Assembly (NCBI GenBank): GCA_050273025.1
Contig: CP158636.1
Location: 4,402,001 to 4,466,000, forward strand
Reading direction: 5' to 3'
From: Cenococcum geophilum
Taxonomy: Eukaryota
Length of the DNA: 64,000 nucleotides
The notes under the pieces were generated by a model. The model ran no database searches. It was given only the letters and a program-made list of their open reading frames with translations, and had not been told where the DNA came from. The translations under genes and the position numbers were made by a program. Position 1 is the first letter of the stretch. Every line of letters begins with the position of its first letter. Below, piece after piece: positions 53,535 through 64,000 of the stretch.

Positions 53535-56500
53535 GTTAGTCTCGCTCTACCCATTCTGTAACCTTTAGGTTGAGCTTGTTTGTGTTGATTAGGGTTTTAA
53601 GAGCTTGATACGGCTTTGCCTTAGTTATAGCGTCTGCTGGGTTGTCTCCGCTGCTGATCTATTTGACCTCTGTAATCTCATGTCGTTTGTAGGCCTGACG
53701 TAAGCACATTAGGTCGACTATGAGCCTCTTCTCTTGTGTTGTACCTAGTTTAACTAGGCAGTCGTAAAGGGACTTTGAATTGGTGCATAAAACCAGGGGT
53801 AACTGCTCCAGTTGTAGAATCTTCTGGACCGTTGATTTAATTGCGGCTGCTATATTAAATCTATGAGCTAGTGCATATAGTTTAGAAGCTAGTATACTAT
53901 GGGTTACTCGTTTGCACTTAATTGAAGACTAGTGCAGTATATTTGCGTCCTGATTGCGGTCCGTAAGTACAATTACAAAGCCGATTTGTGATGACAGGTC
54001 TTTGTTATTGGCAAAGGAGGCGTCCGTAAATGCCAGTAAGCTAAGGGAACTTAGGTCTAGTGGTACGAAAGTAAGTCCCCTTGCTGCATTGTCAATTTGC
54101 CACTAAATGCGCTTATTAAGCTGCTTAATATTTTCTTCTTGCGGATCTACTGCCTGGGCCGCAAAGGACAAGTCGTAGGCAGATTCGGGTTGGCAGACTA
54201 TGGCAATGTAGGCGCCTCTTGCACGCTGTGCAGCGTATTAGTCCTTTGTATTTACGGTCTTACGGGTCTCTCCGTGGGAACTGGTGAGGTCCGTAGGCTT
54301 TGCTGTAACGAGCTTTAGGTTTTGAGCTTGGCGTTCCTGGGTTAGCTGGATTAAGTTGCCCTTTTGTGTAATTAAGCCTCCGTTAAACTTAATTAGAGTC
54401 TGCTTAGTTAACTGCTCTTGCGGCTTTGCCAGGAACTTAGCTTCTTGTAGTTTAGTCTCTTTAGCGTCCGCAAATGTCCGGTCTGCTAAGAAGAGGGTAT
54501 CGTCTGTTTGGAGTCCAATAATACTAAGGCCGTTTAATGGGCTGTATAGGAGGTAGGGGTTGTAGGTCGACTGTTCCATTTTGAGTTTACTGACGTGGTG
54601 CTGGTGGTATGTCTTAAACCAATGGTTTCCGGCTTCTGGTACTCCGTAAAGAGGTTTTATAACCCGTAAAATTGTTCCTGGTTGTAGGTTGAGCTCATAG
54701 GGTGGTCGTATAAAGATATCCCTGCTTAGGTAGGTATTAGACTGCACGTAGGCTTGTGAGATGTCCCGTAAGTAAAGGGCTACGGATTTGGTTTGCTGTA
54801 GTCTAGGCGTAAGTGCGAGTATAATCCGTTGACTGACCCGTTGAATTGTAGGCGATTGCGTAAGGACTAGGTCCTTTCCCTGGTCGTTATAAGCTTGTAT
54901 AACGAGCCTTGATTTCTTAAAGGCTTTGTTAGTACCAGGGTGCTTAATCTCGTTAATGAAGCGTGAGTTGAATATACGGACGCCTTGCGGAACGTCTCTC
55001 TCCGTTACAATCGCAAAGATACCCTTTTTAAGTAGTCCGTTGATCTCTTTACGCCGTGAGTCCGTAAAAGGGGTTTCCTATACTAGAACTGATATATCCG
55101 CAGGCGGAGATTGCTTTGCGGATATGCCTGCGGAGGTTAGGTAGTTCTTCGTTACGGGATTCTTACGGGGGCGTCCTCGGCCACGCTTTACGGCAGGTTT
55201 AGTAGGTTTAGTGGGTTTCTGGGGGACCTCTAGGGTAGGTAAGGGTGCCTCTAGTTTATCTAATTCGGCAGTCGTTTCTAGTTCGTCTGGTTTGGCGGTT
55301 GCTTCTAGTTCGTCTAGCTTAACGTCATGGGTGTTTTTGGACTAAAAATAGGGTTTTACGGACGTGCTTCTAAAGCTTGTCGGTCCGCTAGGGAGCTGTA
55401 TATAGCAGATCTCGTCTTCTACGGCCAGTAGACGGTAAGGTCCAGTCTAATTGCCGCTTTCCCGCCACACGAGGACTTCAGAGTTAAGCGGGAGGTTGTG
55501 TACTGGGGTCGTATTAGGTCCGTTGCGGTGGTGCAGAGCGTTATTGACAGTTTGTTTGGCCCGTAATTTGACTATTTCGGCTATTGCCTTCCGTATTATA
55601 GCTGCTTAATCCGTAATAGACGGGGTAGGAGGGTCCAGTTTGCTTATCCTTAGGTAGGCTCCGTAGACTAAGAGGGTAGGTACTAGTCCGTTAGGGCTAG
55701 CGGTATCGTTAACGGCTTTTACGGCCATCTGTAAAGCCAGTTCTTTTTGGATATTCTTATACTCGTCCGTAATAATCTGGTAAGCTCTCTATAAAGCTAG
55801 GTGAGCTCGCTTAACAAGTCTAATGGACTAGTGCGCCTTAACTGGAACGGCTTTTGTTGAAATAGCTATGGCCGTAGCGTACTGTTGGAATTCCTTACTA
55901 ATAAAGTTCCTACTAGCGTCGTGGGTGATATACTTAGGGGGTCCAAGGTATGTGTCAATCCAGTAGGTCCGTAAAATGTCCTAAGTATGTTTTGTGGATA
56001 TATTTTGCAACTAACGGGCGGCTTGGTAGCGGGTTGCCTTATTAATTATGTGTAATACTAGGCTGCCGTTAATGTACATAATGTCTACGTATACTAAGTG
56101 GTTGAAGTTAAGGTCCTTATAAAGGGTGAACTTGAATCGGCCTAGGGAACGTCCGTATTTCTGGCAAAAGGAGTAGTATTTGGTTAGGTAATCAACTGCC
56201 TTCCTGTCAATGTTGTCGTATCCAGAGCGTTTAAGGACTCTATATAGCTTTTCGGCTAATGGGTGGCCGAAACGGCGGTGTAGACGGTGGATCTCCGTAC
56301 TGGTAAGGTAGCACGGGTTATAGTTGAAAGATTCCTAAATGTAGGTCCGTAAAGTCTCTCCCTATATAAGGAACGGGTGTCTAAATTGTCGTGTAATTGG
56401 TAGGGTAACATGCTTGCTTCCTAGGGCAGTTGCGGGGCCGATTAAGGTGTCCGTAATATTGTTGTAGTAAACCTGTAACCTGTCTATGTCCGCAAGGTAA

Positions 56501-58574
56501 AGTAAGAAAGGGGTGTCCGCTTTTACTATGTGGAAGTTAACTAGGCTAATTGGGGTCTTAACTGCGACTGATCTAATTGATGCGGTTGAACCAATGCCAA
56601 ATTGGACGTTTACGGCCCCAGCTTGCATAGTGTTAATGTCCGTATTATTATTTACGGTAGTCTTATATGCAAGGTATTGTCCGTAACCTGTAGTAGACTT
56701 CTTAGAGGCACCTGTATCGATTATAACGCCATAGAATTCTTTGGGGGTATAGCGTTCTGTAGTAATATATGTAAATGGGTCCTGTTCGCGGTCCGTAATG
56801 TCCGTAACGGGTCTAACGGGTGTACTTGCGGGCCAGTTTTTGGGTGTAATTGAGTGTATAAAGGAGCGGTCGGCTAATACGGTTATAGTATTAAAGGCTT
56901 GACTGTCCGTAAAAGGTCTAAAAGTAGTTAGGAATGTCTCTGAGGTCTCCTGTTCCTGAGCGTTTGAGTTAAAGTCAATTATAAGGGCTTCTATTGACTT
57001 GTTAGGGGGCTCCTCTACTTCCTTTCCTTTGTATTCTAAAATGAACTGGTTGATTTGGTTATTAAGTCTCTTCCTAGACTTGTTACGTTCTTCCTGGGTA
57101 TGCCTTGTAGACCAACATTCTTCCTTGCCGCACACGAAGCACTTCTGGCTAGTTCGTCTGCGTGGATATGCTTTTGTACGGGGGTTGCTGCGGGGGTTAC
57201 GGGTGGGGTTTGGTCGGTACGGGTACTGCTGGCGGTAGCGGCGGTCCGTAAAATAGGCTTCTGAGTCTGTTTGCGGATATTGAATATCCGTAGCGAAGGC
57301 TTGAGTGCTGCTTGGTGGGTTTGAGACTTTGTACGTTATAATAGAGGAGCGTAGGTCATTGATAAGGCCAGCTAAGGTGTCTGTAGGCTTGTAATAGGCG
57401 TACTTGTAGGGCTCTACTTCCTGGCAAGCCGTAATAAGTTTATTGTGCAGGAAGTCGTCTGTTCGAAGCTTGGCGTTAAGGCCGTGCTGTAGGTGCCGGA
57501 GGTCTTTAATAAGGATTTGCAGACACTCTATAGTCGATTTTTCGGTATTCTTGTTGATTACGGTCCGTAGCTTGGTCGCATTCTATTGGGTAAGGATATT
57601 ACGCCTATATTCCGGTTCTTTAAAGTAGTTGCGGGTAGCTTTGTATAGCTTATTAAAGGGGACACCAAGGGGGTTGCTTTTGAGGTTGGTGTAGTAGTGG
57701 TTAAGTGCTAGGCCGCGTAGTATGGTAGAGTAGGCTTGGCTAAACTCTTGTTTAGGAATGTCAGCCTTCTGACAGAGGTCCGTAAAAATGGTCAGTTTGA
57801 AGTCAAAGTTGTCGTTTTTACCGCTGTACTTAGATTTGTCGGTATAGAGCTTAGCCAGGTTGGCTAGTTCCTTACCATAGGTCTTTACTTAGGTAGGTTG
57901 CGGGTCTATGGCTTGCGGATCTGTAGCTTGCGGATATGTGGCTTGTGGATCTGTAGCTTGCGGATATGTGGCTTGCGGATCTGTAGCTTGCGGACATGTA
58001 GTTTGCGGATCTGTGGCTTGAGTAGCGGAAGTGTTTTGGTCCGTATTTTGGTTTATAGGGGTATTGCGGTCCGTAACTTGGGTACTAGGTGTGCTCTGGC
58101 CTGTAAGATTAATTCCAAAGGCGTTTGGGTCTGTAGGACGAATTTGGTTAAGTGGGTTAGGTATAAGGCTAGCGATTATATTAAGTTTGGAAGAAGCAAA
58201 GAGTTCCTTGGTAGTATTGAACTGGTCTAGGATTTCTTCCTTAGTCTATTCCGTTTGGTCCTCCTCATGTATTACATTATATAAAGACCGTGCAACAGTA
58301 ACGTGTTTATCTTTTTTAACCCATACGCTGTGGTTACGGAGGAGGGTTCGTAGGTTATGGATGGTCATAAGGCTGTAGGCCTTAAAAGTAGCTTCCGTAA
58401 AGTCCGCAAAGTCTTCCTTATATTGCTCCCATATGTCATCGTTCGTAGGCTTGAAGTATCCGTATTCAAGGAGTTTGAATTAAATGTAGTCGTTGACGTT
58501 GTTTGTAGACGTAAGGTCGACTCCTTAACTCCACTTCTTTTGACCTTTGCTGACTTGCTTACTAATATCTGCTA
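53535..58574 (-). pseudogene. Copia-2 gag-pol polyprotein with several RIP stops
   Basis: ORF track shows CGKEECWSTRH, IIDTGAS, KPLYGVPEAGNHW and GLQTDDTL. Also LHRRFGHP, KSRLVIQAYND, FTDASFANN and NPADAITK. Confidence 0.94.
57893..58022. repeat. 15-bp tandem repeat (GCGGATCTGTAGCTT, about eight copies) encoding QATDP-type repeats in Copia-2 gag
   Basis: Direct reading; it explains the repetitive + strand ORF 57898-58230. Confidence 0.85.
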
Positions 58575-58599
58575 TACTGTGTAGTATTGTACGTAGCGG

Positions 58600-58815
58600 G
58601 TAGAAGGGTCTTATAGTGGTCCGTAAAGGCGGATAATAGGTCCGTAAGGGTTTGCAGAAGGGTAGGGGGTTTCTGTAAGGGCTTGTAACGGTCCGTAAAG
58701 GTAATTAACGGGTCCGTAGCGGTTTGTAGAAGGGTAAGGGGTCTCCGTAAGGGGTCTAGGGGAGGTGTAGTAAGGATAGGGGTTCGAGGTTCGAGGGTAG
58801 GGGGTTCCTGTATAG
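58600..58815. repeat. Imperfect repeats in the Copia-2 5' leader (GGTCCGTA.. and GAAGGGTA(G/A)GGGG units)
   Basis: Direct reading. Confidence 0.65.
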
Positions 58816-59514
58816 GTCTGTATTCGCGTCTATTATACTTTTGGTAAACCGTACTAAGACTTGAATAAGTATACAGAGTTGGTGATAGGTCCGTAATCCC
58901 CAACTTCCGACCTTCTAGTAGGTCGTACTAGGATATGAACGGGTGGTTGCTGTTGAGTATCGCTCGGGGGGAGGTGTTGAGTGATTGCTGATCTGTGCGC
59001 GCTCACTAATTAGTGTTTGTACCAATTTAATGGTACAAGTAAGTTGTGTCTAGGGGCACGAAATACGTATAGTATCGTATGCTTATTTAGACGGTGGTGA
59101 CTGTCGATTGTATGAAGCAGACTACGTAGTCTATATACTGATGCGCCTCCCCCCTGATTAGTCAGTGCTTCAGAAGTGCACCAGACGCGTAAGCGGGTGG
59201 TTGGTGCACCAAACGCGTAAACGCGTACTCGGCGTACCGAGCGCGTAAGCACGCGGTTGGTACGACAGGTGCTGTAATTATACACTTACTATTCTTCATT
59301 ATATAGTTCTACTAGCTCCATTTTAAACCGTACTTATATTAACTAACTAACTTCTTCCAACTCTTCTCTAAGTAATTATAATATTATACTTAAAGCGTCC
59401 GTAATACTATCTCCCTCCTTTTTATCTTCGTCCTTAAAGATTCCAAATATCTCTAAGTTATTTACTAGAGGTATAACGTCTGTTTAATTAATTTAGTTAA
59501 TATTATTACTTATT

Positions 59515-60040
59515 ATACCTAAAGCTTCTTCTTCTTTATACGCGTAATATTATACCCACACTATTGCTGCCATATTATTGCTTAGTGAAATTATACTATC
59601 TCTATATTCTTATTGTGCGAAAAAGGGGTTAGTTTATATTACGCTGGCAAGTCCTTTATCTTAACAACTATCCTCTTACTTAGAGTGTACTAAAGCAAAC
59701 ATTTGTTCTTCTTATAACGTCCATTTAACTTCTAACGCTAAGTATACGCGTCCTATAACTCTTAATAGTTATTAAGTTCCCTAAGTAATTTATTACGAGT
59801 CTTATATTTAAACTATTACTGCGAAGCTAGATAGTAACCTAGCGTAAGCCCTTACTAAGTTTAAGCGTTCTTAAAATACAAAACAGAAGGCCCTAGATAC
59901 TCGCATTACGGCATCTACTTAACTGCTTCGTCTTAAGAAAGTTTATAAGAAGGTTTATTTTAAGGAGTAAAAACTTATAGAATAAGGTCTACGGGAACTA
60001 GGTAATAAGAGAACCAACTCTCTTCCTATAGTAAAGGAAA
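59515..60040 (+). pseudogene. Second copy of the family A antisense Zn2Cys6-like gene, cut by Copia-3
   Basis: Colinear with 20841-21367. Confidence 0.7.
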
Positions 60041-63000
60041 TGTTTATACTAACTTAATGGTATAAGTGAGTTATATCCCAGGGTACGAAATACGTTTAGT
60101 ATCGTATGCTCTTTAGGATAGTGGTAACTGTCGATTATATAAAGCAGACTACGTGGTCTATATACTAATGCGCCTCCCCCCTAATTAGTTAGTGCTTTAT
60201 AAGTGCACCAGACGCGTAAGTAAGTGGTTGGTGCACTGAACGCGTAAATGCGTACCTAGTGTACCGAACGCGTAAGCACGCGGTTAGTACAACAGGTGCT
60301 ATAATTATACACTGGCGGTACTTGAAAAATAAAACCACCTATATACAGCCTCCGTAATTGTTTTAATAGAACCGTAAAATACAAAAGAAATATATAGGAA
60401 ATCCCTCCCAAGGTGCCTTCTAGGCTGACTTCTAGACGGTGCTTTGAGCTGGCCGTAAGTCCTACCTACGGTCCGTAAAGTAAACTATACGGCCTTCTAA
60501 TGGGCCGTAAATAAACCGTACAGCCTTCTAACGGGCCGCGAATAAACCATAAGTGCTCCGTTAGTCACGTTCCACCCATTCTATAACCTTTAGATTAAGC
60601 TTATTTGTGTTAATTAGGGTTTTTAGAGCTTAACACGGCTTTGCCTTAGTTATGGCGTCCGCTGGGTTATCTCCGCTGCTAATCTATTTAACCTCCGTAA
60701 TTTCACGTCGTTTGTAGGCCTGATGTAAGCATATTAGGTCGACTATAAGCCTCTTCTCTTATATCGTACCTAGTTTAACTAGGCAGTCGTAGAGGGACTT
60801 TAAATCAATGTATAAAACTAGGGGTAACTGCTCCAGTTATAGAATCTTCTAGACCGTTAATTTAATTACGGCTATTATATTAAAGCTATAAGCTAGTGCA
60901 TATAGTTTAGAAGCTAGTACACTGTGGGTTACTTATTTGCACTTAATTAAAGACTAATACAGTATATTTGCGTCCTAATTACGGTCTGTAAGTACAATTA
61001 CAAAGCCGATTTATAATAATAGGTCTTTATTATTAGCAAAGGAGGCGTCCGTAAATGCTAGTAAGCTAAGGGAACTTAGGTCTAGTGGTATAAAAGTAAA
61101 TCCCCTTACTACATTATTAATTTGCCACTAAATGCGCTTATTAAGCTGCTTAATATTTTCTTTTTATAGATTTACTACTTAGGCCGCAAAGGACAAATTA
61201 TAGGCAGATTTAGGTTAGCAGACTATGGTAATATAGGCGCCTCTTACACGCTATATAATATATTAGTCCTTTATATTTACGGTCTTACGGGTCTCTCCGC
61301 GGGAGCTAGTAAGGTCCATAGGCTTTGCTATAACGGGCTTTAGGTTTTAAGCTTGGCGTTCCTAAGTTAGCTTAATTAGGTTGCCCTTTTATATAATTAG
61401 GCCTCTATTAAACTTAATTAGATTCTACTTAGTTAACTACTCTTACAGCTTTACTAAGAACTTGGCCTTTTATAGTTTAGTTTCTTTAGCGTCCGTAAAG
61501 GTCTAGTCTGCTAGGAATAGGGTATCGTCTATTTAAAGTCCAACAATACTAAGGCCGTTTAATGGGCTGTATAGGAGGTAGGGGTTATAGGTTAACTGTT
61601 CCATTTTAAGTTTACTAACATAGTGCTAGCGGTATATTTTAAACCAATAGTTTCCGGCTTCTAGTACTCCGTAAAAAGGTTTTATAACCTATAAAATTGT
61701 TCCTAGTTATAGGTTAAGCTCGCGGGGTAGTCGTATAAAGATATCCCTACTTAGGTAGGTATTAGACTGCATATAGGCTTATAAAATGTCCCGTAAGTAG
61801 AGGGCTATAGGTTTAGTTTACTATAGCCCCGGCGTAAGTACAAGTATAATCCATTAGCTAACTCGTTAAATTATAGGCAATTATATAAGGACTAAGTCCT
61901 TTCCTTAGTTATTATAGGCTTATATAACAAGCCTTAATTTTTTAAAAGCTTTATTAGTACTAGGGTGCTTAATTTCGTTAATAAAGCGTAAGTTAAATAT
62001 ACGGACGCCTTGCGGAACGTCTCTCTCTATTATAACTATAAAGACGCCCTTTTTAAGTAGTCCGTTAATCTCTTTACGTTATAAGTCCGTAAAAGGGGTT
62101 TCCTATACTAGAACTAATATATCTATAGGCGGAGATTGCCTTACGGATATTCCTACGGAGGTTAGGTAATTCTTTATTACGGGGTTCTTAGTTATAGGGT
62201 GCTTTTAGGGGCGTCCTCAACCGCGCTTTATAGTAGGTTTAGTAGGTTCTATAGGTTTTTAAGGGACTTTTAGGGTAGGCAAGGGTGCTTTTAGTTTATC
62301 TAATTCGGCAGTCACTTCTAGTTCGTCTAGTTTGGCGGTTACTTCTAGTTCATCTGGTTCGGCGTTATGGGTGTTTTTAGGCCAAAAGTAAGGTTTTACG
62401 GACGTGCTCCTAAAGCTAGTTAGGCCGCTAGGAAGTTATACGCAGCATATCTCATCTTCTATAGCCAGTAGACAATAAGGTCCGGTCTAGTTGCCGCTCT
62501 TACGCTATATAAGGACTTTAGAATTAAGCAGAAGATTATAAACTAAGGTTGTATTAGGTCCGTTACAATAATATAGGGCGCTATTAACAGCTTATTTGGC
62601 CCGTGATTTAACTATTTCAGCTATTGCCTTCCGTATTGTAGCTACTCGTTCTATAATAGACGGGGTAGGAGGGCCTAGGTTGCTTATCCTCAGGTAGGCT
62701 CCGTAGACTAAGAGGGTGGGTACTAGTCCGTCAGGGCCAGCGGTGTTGTTAATAGCTTTTACGGCCATCTATAGAGCTAGTTCCTTTTAGATGTCCTTAC
62801 ATTCGTCCGTAATAATCTAGTAAGCTCTTTATAAGGCTAAGTAGGCTTACTTAATAAGCCCAACAGACCAATACGCCTTAACTAGGACAGCTTTTGTTAA
62901 TATAGCTATAGCCGTAGCATACTACTAAAATTCCTTACTAATAAAGTTCCTACTAGCGTCGTGGGTAATATACTTAGAGAGTCTAACGTATATATCAATC

Positions 63001-64000
63001 TAGCAGGTCCGTAAGATATCCTAAGTATATTTTGTGGATATATTTTGCAACCAATAGGCGGCTTAATAGTGGGTTGCCTCGTCAATTATATATAATACTA
63101 GGCTGCCGTTAATATATATAATGTCTATATACACTAAGTGGTTGAAATTAAGGTCTTTATAAAGAGTGAACTTAAATCGGCCTAGGGAACGTCCGTATTT
63201 CTAGCAAAAGGAGTAGTATTTAGTTAGGTGGTCGATTGCCTTTTTGTTAATATCGTGTTCAGAGCGTTTAAGAACTCTATATAGCTTTTTAGCTAACGGG
63301 TGGCCAAAACGGCGGTATAGGCGGTGGATCTCAGTACTAGTAAGGTAGTATAGGTTATAGTTAAAAGATTCCTAAATATAGGTCTATAAAGTCTCTCCCT
63401 ATATAAGGAACGGGTGTCTAAATCGTCATATAATTAGTAAGGTAATATACTTACTTTCTAGGGTAGTTACGGGGCCAATTAGGGTGTCCGTAGCATTATT
63501 ATAGTACACCTATAACCTATCTATATCTATAAGATAGAGTAGGAAGGGGGTGTTCGCTTTTACTACGTGGAAGTTAACTAGGCTAATTAGAGTCTTAACT
63601 TTGACTGATTTAATTAATGTAGTTAAGCCGATGCCGAATTAGACGTTTACAGCCCTAGTTTGCGTAATATCAATATCCGTATTATTATTTATGGTGGTCC
63701 TATATATAAGGTATTATCTATAGCCTATAGTAGACTTCTTAGAGGCACCTATGTCGATTATAACACCGTAGAATTCCTTAGGGGTATAGCGTTCTGTGGT
63801 AATATATGCAAATAGGTCCTACTTATAATCTATAACGTCTATAATAGGGGTGCTTATAGAATGGTTTTTAGGCGCAACTAAGTATATAAAGGAACGGTCG
63901 GCTAATACGGTCGTAATATTAAAGGCTTAGCTGTCCGTAAAAGGTCTAAAAGTAGTTAGAAATGTTTCTAAGGTCTCTTATTCCTAAGCGTCTAAGTTAA
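60041..64000 (-). mobile_element. Copia-3 (same family as Copia-2, more heavily RIP-mutated); 3' LTR 60041-60311; runs off the window
   Basis: Colinear with 53015-56975 and covering RH, RT, IN and PR. Predicted TSD GGAAA (60036-60040). Confidence 0.94.

Larger units (their letters stand above)
53015..59284 (-). mobile_element. Copia-2 LTR retrotransposon, full length (6270 bp), TSD CTTAC, lightly RIP-mutated
   Basis: 271-bp LTRs at 53015-53285 and 59014-59284 (TG..CA). CTTAC at 53010-53014 and 59285-59289. Confidence 0.96.
52709..60040 (-). mobile_element. Family A element A'' (3' LTR 52709-53014 + 59290-59406, PPT and antisense gene), interrupted by Copia-2 and Copia-3
   Basis: The two LTR pieces sum to 423 bp. 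59407-60040 is colinear with 20733-21367. Confidence 0.9.

Noticed and set aside
57898..58230. Cys-rich + strand ORF (LRICS repeats)
   Set aside because: Antisense reading of the 15-bp gag repeat.
54097..58584. Several short + strand ORFs
   Set aside because: Antisense to the Copia polyprotein; they arise because this copy is less RIP-mutated.
59010..59285. ORFs within the Copia-2 LTRs (also 53182-53370)
   Set aside because: Chance frames inside LTRs with no recognisable motifs.
1..64000. Alternative genetic code (TAA/TAG read-through) or a Starship/giant element
   Set aside because: The stops arise at Gln/Trp codons alongside other transitions and vary between copies, which indicates RIP. 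I saw no tyrosine recombinase or cargo genes.

Overview
A eukaryotic (filamentous ascomycete-type) AT-rich block made almost entirely of transposable elements inactivated by repeat-induced point mutation (RIP: CA>TA and TG>TA changes, very many premature TAA/TAG stops). I see no intact host gene, rRNA, tRNA or CRISPR array. The contents are: a Helitron RepHel pseudogene with a convergent DUF3716-like gene; three Copia-type LTR elements with a QTDD RT motif; seven Gypsy-type elements or fragments, nested up to about six levels deep, four of them bounded by matching 5-bp target-site duplications (TSDs); a ~1-kb (TAC)n-tailed retroposon with a 14-bp TSD; and a perfectly palindromic pogo/Fot1-type MITE. 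The most interesting signals are (1) six-cysteine (Zn2Cys6-like) accessory genes, mostly spliced, lying antisense or convergent in four unrelated elements; (2) two palindromic CCAAT-associated modules shared by the 3' regions of a Copia, a Gypsy and a third LTR element; (3) the structured non-autonomous retroposon; and (4) a palindrome in place of the tRNA primer site in the Copia elements. All protein calls come from manual translation with RIP reversal and no database search. Internal CDS boundaries are approximate; LTR and TSD boundaries were read directly.
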